From contig CAZUWR010000002.1 of NCBI GenBank assembly GCA_964624415.1, positions 76,454 through 140,453 of the forward strand: a stretch of DNA of 64,000 nucleotides. The letters run 5' to 3'. The notes beneath the pieces were generated by a model. That model had not been told where the DNA came from and did not search any database. It saw nothing but the letters and a program-made list of their open reading frames with translations. Both the position numbers and the translations under genes were made by a program. This DNA comes from an uncultured Bdellovibrionales bacterium (GTDB lineage Bacteria; Patescibacteriota; Minisyncoccia; Moranbacterales; UBA1568). Positions 48,330-57,921 of this stretch are shown here, piece after piece; the first letter of the stretch is position 1, and each line of letters opens with the position of its first letter.

Positions 48330-48407
48330 AAAGAGGAGAGAGATATGATACGAGCCCGCTACGAATATTTTTCGCAGCGGGCTCGGTTGGTAGTGATTGC
48401 GATTATT

Positions 48408-48770
48408 TCATCCATTACCAGCGTACGCTAGATGATTCTTGGTAGTCAATGAATCGAAGTAATTGGTGATAAAAGTGAAAAGACTACCAATAGCTGCTGT
48501 ACGTAGCGCTCGCGTGGCAGCGTTTTGAGAAGAGAGATAATGTTCTGCAAGCAAATCGTTTACGGCTCCCAGGAGCTTTTCTTGAAGACCTTTTAATACG
48601 CGGATTTCCCATTCGTAGCGTTTTGGTGATAATTTATAGATTGTCAAAAACATCTCTAAATCGTCTTTAAGCCCGATGAATTCCTGGACGTTTTCAGGAG
48701 TAAAACATTGCTTTACTGCAAGATTTGCTATGAATTCATTTATTTCAGCTTCTCTTTCGGTATCGTTCAT
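48408..48770 (-). CDS. Hypothetical protein (AT-rich island)
   Basis: 120 aa, no recognisable family; region visibly AT-richer than flanks. Confidence 0.35.
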   Translation of the reverse strand: MNDTEREAEINEFIANLAVKQCFTPENVQEFIGLKDDLEMFLTIYKLSPKRYEWEIRVLKGLQEKLLGAVNDLLAEHYLSSQNAATRALRTAAIGSLFTFITNYFDSLTTKNHLAYAGNG

Positions 48771-48854
48771 GGTGCTGTCCTCGTTGGATTTTGTGTGTTT
48801 TAAAAAAAACGTGCCTGCCAGGAATTGTCCGGGCAGGCGTTTTCGTTTGGTTGT

Positions 48855-49220
48855 TTATGACGTTACTGATGCTGACAACGTTAGTACAGTGCCGGACATT
48901 ATTTTATCGGCCCTCCAATTGCAAAGGATTATGGATAGATCGCTGCCAGACTTTTTGATTGTTGTAATCAAACAATCCAATAAATAACATATAGGAGTTC
49001 TTTCTTCAGGTACTTTTCCGAGCTCGGCGGCTTTTTTGCAAAAACGTTGCTGCGTGTAGTGGATATCACCCTCTGCACTACCGATAACAGTGAGACACTC
49101 AGTTTTTATCGTATAATCTTCAAGAGTTTCGATAAGATAGCCAATTTCGCCATCACTGAGGATAAGGAGGCTGTTTTTCGGAATTTCTATTCTTTTGAGT
49201 CGGGCTGATTTTTTTTTCAT
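48855..49220 (-). CDS. Hypothetical protein (AT-rich island)
   Basis: 121 aa, no recognisable family. Confidence 0.35.
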   Translation of the reverse strand: MKKKSARLKRIEIPKNSLLILSDGEIGYLIETLEDYTIKTECLTVIGSAEGDIHYTQQRFCKKAAELGKVPEERTPICYLLDCLITTIKKSGSDLSIILCNWRADKIMSGTVLTLSASVTS

Positions 49221-49256
49221 GATTATTCCTCTTGCTTTTCTGTGAAGGGTTTGTTT

Positions 49257-49550
49257 TTAACTTTCTTGAATTGGATAACAAGGGAGTGTGTTTATGTCCA
49301 CATCTTCCCATGCACTATTGATGAAATTTAATTGAGCCTGTTGTTGTCTGTGGTATGTTTTGATATCTGATGTAGATTCACCAAGTTCATTGAACCACAC
49401 TCGATTGCCGAGAGTAAGACCATTATGTGGATGGACATTTTGATGGCGCATAATAACCCCTATTTCTTGATATTTTTTTGGGAAGGTTCTTGTTGTATTC
49501 CCCGCAATGTTCAGCAGGAAATATACCAGGAGTGTAGTATAAATTCATAA
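49257..49550 (-). pseudogene. Frameshifted small gene (two adjacent reading frames)
   Basis: Minus-strand frame from 49550 reads MNLYYTPGIFPAEHCGEYNKNLPKKISRNRGYYA... then stops. A +1 frame continues as MRHQNVHPHNGLTLGNRVWFNELGES... (ORF 49257..49451). A single indel near 49452 would join them. Confidence 0.3.
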
Positions 49551-49712
49551 TTATGTCAAGAGCGCATGACTTTTGTGTGACTTTTGGCGGAGAGAAGGTG
49601 TGAAAAAACCACTTGAGTACAAGCGATTAGAAATAGAGTTAGGGGTAAAAAATAAGTGTAGCATGGAATTCCATGCTACACCCTGTGAAAGAAATATCTC
49701 TTGAATAGAGTG

Positions 49713-50924
49713 TTACTCGAACACGTATCCAGTTGGTACGGTTACGATACCGCTTTCTGGATTCTTTTGGTCGAAATACAGTCCACGAGCCACATCATCT
49801 TCTCGATTATAGCCAATGACAGTATCTGGTGGAATAACAACCCCCTCACAGATAATAGCCTTCTGAATTTTGCAGCCTTTATGAATAACTACATTATCAA
49901 ATACAACCGTATTTCTGATAATTGATTCATAAAGAAGGCTACTTCGTCCGATAAGCGCTCCATCCACATCGCATCTTTCGACGATAGCCCCACCAGCCAA
50001 GGCAAAGATCCCGTGAGAATAATTGTTTTTCCCCATTGGTAGGTTATCTGTCCCGGTTCGCATAGGCCAGTCTTTATTGTAAAGATTGATAGATGGTTTC
50101 ATTGAAACCAAATCCATACAAGCATTCCAATAAGATTCTACGGTACCGACATCTTGCCAGTAGTGCTCAGTTTGTCCAGGGATAACATTATCTTGATAAT
50201 TGTATGCGAACATAGGTATGTTATCATCCAACATCTTTGGAATAATATCGTTGCCAAAATCATGACCAACAGTATCGTCATTGAGAATGGTTTCTAAATC
50301 AAGCAGATTGAAAAAATAGTGACCCATCGAAACCAGAGAACGCCCTGGACGCCCTGGAATTTCAGCTGGGCATTCAGGTTTTTCAGTGAATTTTTCTATA
50401 CGGCCAGCGTAATTAACGGTAAGCACGCCAAACCTCGACGCATCTTTCGTATTTATTTCCATAGCACATATAGTGCATGAGGATTTCGTCTGTAGATGGT
50501 ATTCATACATTTGTTTGAAATCAATAGCTACAACATGGTCTCCAGAGAGAACCGCGATATGTTGAGGATTTCCACAATTTTTAATAATACCAAGGTTTTG
50601 AAGGATAGCGTCAGCAGTCCCCCGATACCAATCATCGATTCCATTTGCTTGTTGCGGATGGATAGTATAGATGGAAAACCCAAGAAGTGGTGCTGATGGC
50701 CAATTTTCATTCACATGAATATTGAGCGGGTGCGCCAAGTATTGTGTTGCTAGAAGTATTCTTCTGAATCCTGAATTGACAGAATTTGATAACATAAAGT
50801 CAATGATTTTATGTTTACCAAAAGGAACAGCTGGTTTTGGTAAGACGTTTGTAATAGGACCTAAACGACCGCCTCTGCCGCCAGCCAAGATAATTACAGG
50901 TACACTATCGATATATTCTGACAT
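49713..50924 (-). CDS. glgC: Glucose-1-phosphate adenylyltransferase (GlgC-like: NTP-transferase + left-handed beta-helix)
   Basis: VPVIILAGGRGGRLGPITNVLPKPAVPFGKHKIIDFMLSNSVNSGFRRILLATQY closely follows GlgC N-terminal consensus. C-terminal LbH repeats. Confidence 0.7.
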   Translation of the reverse strand: MSEYIDSVPVIILAGGRGGRLGPITNVLPKPAVPFGKHKIIDFMLSNSVNSGFRRILLATQYLAHPLNIHVNENWPSAPLLGFSIYTIHPQQANGIDDWYRGTADAILQNLGIIKNCGNPQHIAVLSGDHVVAIDFKQMYEYHLQTKSSCTICAMEINTKDASRFGVLTVNYAGRIEKFTEKPECPAEIPGRPGRSLVSMGHYFFNLLDLETILNDDTVGHDFGNDIIPKMLDDNIPMFAYNYQDNVIPGQTEHYWQDVGTVESYWNACMDLVSMKPSINLYNKDWPMRTGTDNLPMGKNNYSHGIFALAGGAIVERCDVDGALIGRSSLLYESIIRNTVVFDNVVIHKGCKIQKAIICEGVVIPPDTVIGYNREDDVARGLYFDQKNPESGIVTVPTGYVFE

Positions 50925-51195
50925 AATTTTATCCTCGATCTAAATTTGTAATGTGCAAAGGTTGAGAGTAAATGCATAGATTTCTCTAGCGACAATCAAC
51001 ATTGTTTGAATGTTTATCAAAAATTGATAAACATAGGATGTATCCTCAATCTCGGTAAAATAACCAAGATGAAGATACTGAAGGATACCATAGGGATTAT
51101 ATTTTGTCAATACTTTCGGACAGATGCAGTGAAAAATGCCCTCAAAGAAGGGATGAACCTTACTGTGAGGCGAAAAAGAGGGTATACTGAAGGCT

Positions 51196-51918
51196 ATGGA
51201 ATACAACTACACCGCTATTATTCTGCGGAAAAAAAAGATCGGCGAGACGGATCGTCTGTACACTTTCTATACCCTCGAAGCGGGGAAACTGCAGTCGATC
51301 GGGCGCGGTATCCGCAAGCCCCAGGCCAAGTTGGCCGGTCATCTGGAGACGCTGAGCCAGTCGGATGTCATCGTGGCGCGCCGGCACGGCTTGGGTAATA
51401 TCGCGAGCGCCATCACGGAGCGGTATTTTCTCGCGCTCAAATCGGACGAGGCGACACTTGCGCTCGTGTTCGAATCCATCGCTTCATTTGAAAAACTGGT
51501 TGATTTTGAGGAAAAGGACGAAGCTTTGTTTGATTTGTTGCAGATCTATCTGACGACCGCCAACGCTCTCGTATCGGAGGGTAAGTCGGACAAGGTCAAA
51601 ATCGTGACGCAGGGGTTTTTGTTTCAGCTCCTCAGTCACCTCGGGTATCATTTGGAGATGCGCGCTTGTGCTGTTTCCGGTGAACCATTGGCCTCGGTCA
51701 ATCGCTACTACTTCAGTCCCGATGCCGGAGGGGTTATCGAAGCGCGATTTGTGGGTCAGGCTCAGCGAGCGGTCGCTATCAATGAAAACGCTATCAAGCT
51801 CATCCGGCTGTTTTTTCAGAATAAACTCTCTTCGCTTTCGCGGGTACAAGTGGCACAGGAAGATCTGGTATGCGTCGAGTCGGTGTCGCGGGCGTTTTTG
51901 CAGTGGATCGGACAGTAA
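51196..51918 (+). CDS. recO: DNA repair protein RecO
   Basis: 240 aa. N-terminal OB fold (AIILRKKKIGETDRLYTFYT) and RecO C-terminal helical domain. Confidence 0.7.
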   Translation: MEYNYTAIILRKKKIGETDRLYTFYTLEAGKLQSIGRGIRKPQAKLAGHLETLSQSDVIVARRHGLGNIASAITERYFLALKSDEATLALVFESIASFEKLVDFEEKDEALFDLLQIYLTTANALVSEGKSDKVKIVTQGFLFQLLSHLGYHLEMRACAVSGEPLASVNRYYFSPDAGGVIEARFVGQAQRAVAINENAIKLIRLFFQNKLSSLSRVQVAQEDLVCVESVSRAFLQWIGQ

Positions 51919-52095
51919 AGAAGACAATCGTATTTGAGATGAATTTCTATGGAAAAGATTTTTTCAAAAGCCATTGGCGTACTCGCCTCGGCTGTGAAAA
52001 AATACTTTTGCGTAGAAATCCGCTTGAAAGAATGTCTTATACGGCAATAAAGTATGCTATACTGGACGCAGAATAAAGTACTAAAAGTTATCGTT

Positions 52096-53964
52096 ATGGG
52101 ACTTCAAGACTTGAATGAGGAATTGTATAAACGCGAAGGCGCTAATCGGCAAAATGCCCGATCGGGTGCTTTCGAGGTGCGACAGAACTTCCAAGAAAAC
52201 ACCGCTCGCGATGCCTTCCAAGCGCAGAATGGTTGGAGCAGCGTGCAAGAATCTTTCGCGAGTAAGCACCGGGATGCTATAAAAAGAGGGCTGATCGCTG
52301 CGGGAAGTATCATCATCATCGCCTTGTGCTATTTTGTCTTCACGCTTTTTCGGCAGTCGGCATTCAGTAGCGACCATGTGGCGCTCAAGGTGGATGGGCC
52401 TTCGGATGTGAGCGGCTCGGAGGCATCGCTGTTTGTTTTCACCTATACTAATACCAATCGTGCCAATTTGACGGATGCGGAGCTATCACTGACCTACCCG
52501 GAGAATTTCAAGCCGGATGCATTGGAAAATATGACTATCAGCGGATCATCGAGCAATCTGCATATCGGCACGATAGCGGGACACTCGGAAGGAAGGATCA
52601 GTATTCACGGGAAGTTTTACGGTTCCAAGGGTTCCATTGCGTATATCAAGGGCGTGCTTCGTTACAAGCCGGACGGGGTGGGAAGTTCGTTTCAAGCGGA
52701 TTCGCAGATCGGCGTGACGATTCAGTCGCCTTCCATCAGGATTTCTATGGAAGCGCCGCTGGAGGTGTCTTCGGGAGGTGTGGTGGAATATCGTGCGGAC
52801 TATACCAATATGAGTGATGTATCGTTCAGTAACCTTCGTTTAAAAATGGACTATCCGGATGGGTTTCATTTGCAGAGCGCCGATCCGAAGACTTCGGAAG
52901 GGGATGCGATTTGGTATGTGGGTAATCTTGCACCCGGCCAATCGGGTAGTATCCGCGTAACCGGTACGCTTGATGGTTCTAAAAATGAAGTTAAAACGCT
53001 CCGCGCGCATATCGGGATGATGCAGGGCAACGGGGAATTGCTTTCGTATAGCGATGGTGACAGACTGACTAAAATCGTCGCTTCGCCGCTGTTGGTACAG
53101 CAAACGGTCAATGGTTTGGATAAACTCAATGCCAATGCGGGAGGTGTACTTAATTATGTCGTTCGCTATCGCAATGACAGCGATCTTGGTTTGCGCAATA
53201 TCATTATCACACTGGAGATTCAGGGAGCCGCGGTTGATTTTTCAAGACTACAGTCTTCGGGCGGCGCTTTTGATAGCGCGCGCAAGGTGGTCACCTGGAA
53301 GGCCTCGGATATCAAGGATCTGGCTAACTTAGGGCCTGGCAAAGAAGGATCTGTCTCGGTAACTGTTCCCGTTTTCGCAAGCATTCCTGTAAAGGCAGTA
53401 TCGGATACGAATTTCGTCGTAACCAGCATCGCCAAGATCGACAGTCCGGATATCGCTACGCCAAGCGGCGCAAACAAGGTGATTGGCAGCAATACTTTGC
53501 AGGTTAAGATCAATTCCGGCGTCAGCATACAATCAGCGGCGCTGTATCAAGACACTGCACTGCCAAATACCGGTCCTATGCCTATGCAGATTGGCCAAGA
53601 AACGACCTATACCATACACTGGACGGTTTCCAATACGACCAATGCTGTCGACAATGCGGTTGCGACGGCCTATCTGCCAACAGGTATCCGTTGGACAGGA
53701 AAAATCTCTCCGACATCGGAAAACATCACCTATGATGCTCGAACCAATCAGATCACCTGGAATCTGGGAACAATCAAAAACGGTGTTGGTTCTCTGTTAC
53801 CAGTACGCGAAGTCTTGTTTCAGGTAGGTGTGACACCGCAGGTCAATCAGGTAGAACAAAACGTTATGCTTGTGGATGAGGCTGCACTGACCGCTCACGA
53901 CACCTTTACGGGTGAAACCCTGCAATCGAAAATAGAAGGGCAACGATTAGCTATCCCTCAGTAA
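52096..53964 (+). CDS. Membrane-anchored cell-surface protein with DUF11/CARDB-like Ig-fold repeats
   Basis: Start at MGLQDLNEEL. One N-terminal TM helix then ~5 repeated beta-rich modules (…GQSGSIRVTGTLDG…, …GKEGSVSVTVPV…). Confidence 0.5.
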   Translation: MGLQDLNEELYKREGANRQNARSGAFEVRQNFQENTARDAFQAQNGWSSVQESFASKHRDAIKRGLIAAGSIIIIALCYFVFTLFRQSAFSSDHVALKVDGPSDVSGSEASLFVFTYTNTNRANLTDAELSLTYPENFKPDALENMTISGSSSNLHIGTIAGHSEGRISIHGKFYGSKGSIAYIKGVLRYKPDGVGSSFQADSQIGVTIQSPSIRISMEAPLEVSSGGVVEYRADYTNMSDVSFSNLRLKMDYPDGFHLQSADPKTSEGDAIWYVGNLAPGQSGSIRVTGTLDGSKNEVKTLRAHIGMMQGNGELLSYSDGDRLTKIVASPLLVQQTVNGLDKLNANAGGVLNYVVRYRNDSDLGLRNIIITLEIQGAAVDFSRLQSSGGAFDSARKVVTWKASDIKDLANLGPGKEGSVSVTVPVFASIPVKAVSDTNFVVTSIAKIDSPDIATPSGANKVIGSNTLQVKINSGVSIQSAALYQDTALPNTGPMPMQIGQETTYTIHWTVSNTTNAVDNAVATAYLPTGIRWTGKISPTSENITYDARTNQITWNLGTIKNGVGSLLPVREVLFQVGVTPQVNQVEQNVMLVDEAALTAHDTFTGETLQSKIEGQRLAIPQ

Positions 53965-53974
53965 CTGTTCGATT

Positions 53975-55135
53975 ATGTTTGAAATAACCCAACAAGAAGG
54001 CGCGAGCCGTCACGGTACGCTGACCACGAGAGCCGGCGCCCTACAGACACCGTTTTTTATGCCGGATGCTACCCGTGCATCCGTGCGCGGTCTGACGTCC
54101 GATGAAATTGCCGATACTGGCGTGGGCGCACTTGTGGTAAATACCTATCATTTGCTTTTGCAGCCTGGCGAAGAGCTCATTGGGCATGCTGGCGGAATAC
54201 ATCGCTTTATGCGCTGGGATCGGCCCATACTTTCCGACTCGGGCGGATATCAGGTTTATTCGCTTATACATAAACATCCCGGGACGGGTAAAATTACCGA
54301 AGAGGGTGCACAGTTTCGTTCGACTCGCGACGGCTCAAAACACCTGCTCACTCCCGAGCGAGCGATACAGGTGCAGTTTGATCTTGGAGTGGACATGATG
54401 GTATGTCTGGATGATCCGCGTCCCAATGATGTCAGTGAAGAAGAAGCATCCGCAGCAGTGGATCGGACGCTGCGATGGGCGAAACGATGTCGGGAGGAGT
54501 ATGATGGACAGATAGCGGCGAGGGCAATGACCGATGCGAATCGTCCGCTTTTGTTCGGTGTCGTGCAAGGCGGACTCTTTGTTCCATTACGGGAGCGATG
54601 CGCCCAAGGACTGGCAGCTCTCGGGTTTGATGGGTACGGTTTCGGCGGGCGGCACATCGGTGAAGATGGGCAGTTTCTGACGGATATACTTGCGAAGACG
54701 GCAGCGTTTATTCCGGAGAAGAGTATTCGTTTCGCGCTCGGTATCGGAACACCTGCGGATATCGTGCGTTGTTTTGCACTCGGGTGGGATATGTTTGACT
54801 GTGTTATCCCGACGCGTGAAGGGCGGCACGGACGATTGTTTGTGTGGAAAGACTTGTCAAAGAACGATGAGCATAGAACAATAAACGAAGAAAAGGCGAT
54901 AAGCAACGACACTGTATTGCCAGATGATTTCTATGAAACTATTAATATCAACAATGAACGGTTCAGAGAAGACTTCACCCCTATCGATTCGACATGTGAT
55001 TGCACAGCTTGCAAGCAGTATTCAAGGGCGTATATAAGGCACTTGTTTTCCGTCAGTGAACCTTTGGCACAGCATCTCACTTCTATTCACAACCTGCGTT
55101 TTTATGCGAGGCTGATGGAACGCTTGCGAAAATGA
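53975..55135 (+). CDS. tgt: Queuine tRNA-ribosyltransferase (tRNA-guanine transglycosylase), with in-frame low-complexity insertion
   Basis: Tgt signatures (LSDSGGYQV, zinc site CDCTACKQYSRAYIRHL). Insertion NDEHRTINEEKAISND (54858..54910) shares the 16-mer aacaataaacgaagaa with 30327..30343. Confidence 0.9.
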   Translation: MFEITQQEGASRHGTLTTRAGALQTPFFMPDATRASVRGLTSDEIADTGVGALVVNTYHLLLQPGEELIGHAGGIHRFMRWDRPILSDSGGYQVYSLIHKHPGTGKITEEGAQFRSTRDGSKHLLTPERAIQVQFDLGVDMMVCLDDPRPNDVSEEEASAAVDRTLRWAKRCREEYDGQIAARAMTDANRPLLFGVVQGGLFVPLRERCAQGLAALGFDGYGFGGRHIGEDGQFLTDILAKTAAFIPEKSIRFALGIGTPADIVRCFALGWDMFDCVIPTREGRHGRLFVWKDLSKNDEHRTINEEKAISNDTVLPDDFYETININNERFREDFTPIDSTCDCTACKQYSRAYIRHLFSVSEPLAQHLTSIHNLRFYARLMERLRK

Positions 55136-55169
55136 GGCTTTTTTGCTAGAGTAAATGCGTAGTTCAGAT

Positions 55170-55192
55170 GACTGGGAAATCCCAGTTTTTCT
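55170..55192 (+). terminator. Small intrinsic terminator after tgt
   Basis: gactgggaaatcccagtttttc. Confidence 0.45.
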
Positions 55193-55218
55193 TTTAACAA
55201 AAGAGAGTAGGTGGAAAG

Positions 55219-55959
55219 ATGAAAAATATATCAGTAGGGGCGAGCGGCATTATTGTTGCCGCCGATGTCGCAAATCATGAGGACTTGCGTTTGTTGTTAA
55301 CTGCATTGAAAGATATCCGCGGGATAGTGGGAGTGAAGGTTGGTTTTTTGCTCGCGATGCAAGGTCTTGAGAAAACGGTGAACATAATTCGCGATATACT
55401 TCATGATGATGTCGATATCATTTATGATCATCAGAAGGCTGGAAATGATATTCCGGATATGGGCATACCCTTTGCAGGGGCTCTCAAGCATGCCGGTGTC
55501 AATGGAGCTATTTTGTTTCCTTTCGCCGGACCGGAAACGCAGACAGTGTGGACACAAGCATGCTTTGACGAAGGTCTTGAAGTATTGACCGGAGGCATTA
55601 TGACGCATGCGAGGTTTCTTGTCAGCGAAGACGGGTATATCGATGATGCCGCTGCGTTTGAAATATATGAGCGGGCTGCAGATTTGGGTTGCCGACACTT
55701 CGTGGTTCCCGGAACAAAAATCGATTGGGTTATCAAGATTCGTACTTATTTGGACGAGTCGCTCGGTGTGGGCGAGTTTTCTTTGCATGCCCCGGGATTT
55801 ATCACTCAAGGCGGCGATATATCCGAATGCGGTAAAGCAGCCGGAGTGAGTTTCTTTCCGATTGTGGGAAGGGCTATTTACGGAAAAATTGGAGTTGCGG
55901 CGCAAAAAGCCGCAGCGACAGACATTGCTGAAAAATTCCTTGTTTATATGAGTGATTAG
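55219..55959 (+). CDS. Orotidine 5'-phosphate decarboxylase family protein (PyrF/KGPDC-like)
   Basis: 246 aa. VKVGFLL…IIYDHQKAGNDIPDMG (DxKxxDIP-type) and C-terminal IVGRAIYG resemble ODCase-family signatures. Sits between tgt and a 68 bp copy of the tgt 3' end. Confidence 0.5.
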   Translation: MKNISVGASGIIVAADVANHEDLRLLLTALKDIRGIVGVKVGFLLAMQGLEKTVNIIRDILHDDVDIIYDHQKAGNDIPDMGIPFAGALKHAGVNGAILFPFAGPETQTVWTQACFDEGLEVLTGGIMTHARFLVSEDGYIDDAAAFEIYERAADLGCRHFVVPGTKIDWVIKIRTYLDESLGVGEFSLHAPGFITQGGDISECGKAAGVSFFPIVGRAIYGKIGVAAQKAAATDIAEKFLVYMSD

Positions 55960-56025
55960 TCAATGTTTCAAAGAGTTATGGTAGAGCACAATATGTTCTG
56001 AACGTGCTGAGTAAAATTTTAGAGG

Positions 56026-56066
56026 TGGTGATGAAAACTGCAGTAGTTTTCATCACCTTTTTTGAA
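56026..56066 (+). terminator. Intrinsic terminator
   Basis: ggtgatgaaaact-gcagt-agttttcatcacc + TTTTTT. Confidence 0.7.
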
Positions 56067-56166
56067 CCATATTTTAATTTTTTTTAAAAATGTAAGGCAT
56101 TTCGGGGTTGAAAAATACCACCTGGTTTTGTATTTGAGATTAATGCTGCCCACTCTTCGTCGCAGA

Positions 56167-56234
56167 ACCTTTGGCGCAGCATCTACCTCTATTCACAACC
56201 TGCGTTTTTATGCGAGGCTGATGGAGCGTTTGCG
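56167..56234 (+). repeat. Duplicated 3' end of tgt (68 bp, ~90% identical to 55061..55128)
   Basis: cctttggcgcagcatctacctctattcacaacctgcgtttttatgcgaggctgatggagcgtttgcg versus tgt cctttggcacagcatctcacttctattcacaacctgcgtttttatgcgaggctgatggaacgcttgcg. Encodes the …SIHNLRFYARLMERLR C-terminal peptide. Confidence 0.85.
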
Positions 56235-56327
56235 GGGAGAATAAGTATATGGAAAGAATAGAGTAGTAGGAATAGAAAAACCCGCGGTAACCTTTTGGTC
56301 GCGGGTTTTTTTGTCTTTTTTGTTCTC

Positions 56328-56726
56328 TTAGAATGAGAGTTGAAAAAGCTTCTTATTGTTATTGTTTGTGAACATAATTTTGCCAGAAGCTGTTTCTGCA
56401 GTAATATGTCGTATCTGAGCATTGTCGGTAGTTTCATCTTTAAGATGCTCGTATATCGCGACATCCTCAGGATAGACTGAAAAAGATATTTTTTTATTAC
56501 CTAACCTGACAAGAATATAGTAACGAACAAGAAATGGGCGTTGTGTAGATTTGTAAGGCGTAATTCCAACAACAACTGCATTTCTTTCCGATTTCCGGAG
56601 CTTTTTTAGAAACTCTTGGGTGGTGATGGGCGTTCCATCAGAGGACTGTTTTCCTGCGCGACGACCCAATACATATGCGGCAACAAGGAGTATGCCTATT
56701 AGAACTACAAGTGTCGGTGTGCTCAT
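56328..56726 (-). CDS. Membrane-anchored hypothetical protein
   Basis: 132 aa, N-terminal TM helix. Confidence 0.4.
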   Translation of the reverse strand: MSTPTLVVLIGILLVAAYVLGRRAGKQSSDGTPITTQEFLKKLRKSERNAVVVGITPYKSTQRPFLVRYYILVRLGNKKISFSVYPEDVAIYEHLKDETTDNAQIRHITAETASGKIMFTNNNNKKLFQLSF

Positions 56727-56937
56727 GATGTTTCTCCGGTCATCGAGAGGGAATCGGATTGCCCCATTCCTCGTGACCTACCTTTCTATAGAAGCACGGA
56801 GGAGTAATTTTGTCAATGATTTCGGACATATACGGTATTCGCGATGGGATGATCAAAAAGAAAACGCACCACCCCGGTTCTTTACGATTGTGTAAAGAGG
56901 GTGATGCGTTGTGAGGGTTAAGAGAAGCGGCGGATAA

Positions 56938-57717
56938 TCAAATGGGAGGTGACTTTTCCGGAAGGAGCCCTTCGATATACGCTTCCGTATCCGACATATC
57001 GCCGTTATGGGCATTATCGATTGCCTTTTTGATGTTTTCGATACAGGCGGTTTCTACAGAAGCTTCTTTCACCAATTGACTCAGCTTACCGCTATGATTA
57101 TCAAGAAATTCCTCAAGAAAGGATATATCCGTTTCTGGTGGAAGGTTTTGCTTCGCTAACTCAATAACGGATCGAGTCGTGGTAGTTGTAGCATATTCCA
57201 CATCCCGTTGTTTCACGCGTTCTTCTAATGACTCCGCTTTGGATTGAAGAAGACTTTCCAAAACATTCAACACTGCATTCCGATTGTCAGGTCGCACGCG
57301 AAGCATATCCAGAAGATGATTGATAGTAAAGGTATCGTGAGTGGCTGCGTACAGTGCTTCCTCGTAGTACTTGTTGAAGAGGTTTCGTTGATACTTATCC
57401 ATGAACTTCTGATAGAATTTCGGCCGCCAGTAGCGAAACAGTATATCCAAGCAAGGAACAAGTTCCGGTTCAGGCAGTGCTGATGCTTGCGGCGCATAGG
57501 TTAAAAGCTTTTTTGGTCTGAAATAGATGTCGCTTGCCACAAAACAAATCGGCACACATAAAGCTAGAAGACTACCGGCAAGCATGTTAGTGGATACTAC
57601 GAAAGCAGACCAGATCATTCCGAAGATGATGAAAAATAATATCAACACGAGAAAACTTCGTATGAAGTAGCCCATATCGAACGGTGGGCGTGTTGCGGGG
57701 TGAGCGTATGTATTCAT
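56938..57717 (-). CDS. Membrane hypothetical protein (2 N-terminal TM helices + cytoplasmic domain)
   Basis: 259 aa, no recognisable family. Confidence 0.4.
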   Translation of the reverse strand: MNTYAHPATRPPFDMGYFIRSFLVLILFFIIFGMIWSAFVVSTNMLAGSLLALCVPICFVASDIYFRPKKLLTYAPQASALPEPELVPCLDILFRYWRPKFYQKFMDKYQRNLFNKYYEEALYAATHDTFTINHLLDMLRVRPDNRNAVLNVLESLLQSKAESLEERVKQRDVEYATTTTTRSVIELAKQNLPPETDISFLEEFLDNHSGKLSQLVKEASVETACIENIKKAIDNAHNGDMSDTEAYIEGLLPEKSPPI

Positions 57718-57862
57718 GAGAGATACCTCGTGGGAGTAGTTGAGATTGAGACGAAGTTGTTAAGTTACCGCATTGGCCGGCCTGGAAAAAATATGACGTT
57801 TCCGAGAGCTTTATGCCAATACGCCACTGTATCGCAGTGAATGAGTTTTGTCAATGAAATCT

Positions 57863-57892
57863 TTGACATATCGGGAAAAAACCCGCTATAAT
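57863..57892 (+). promoter_or_regulatory. Sigma70-type promoter TTGACA-N18-TATAAT upstream of glyQS
   Basis: Consensus hexamers seen directly ~30 nt upstream of ORF start. Confidence 0.5.
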
Positions 57893-57921
57893 AGGGTATA
57901 AGCTATTCTATATACATCCCT

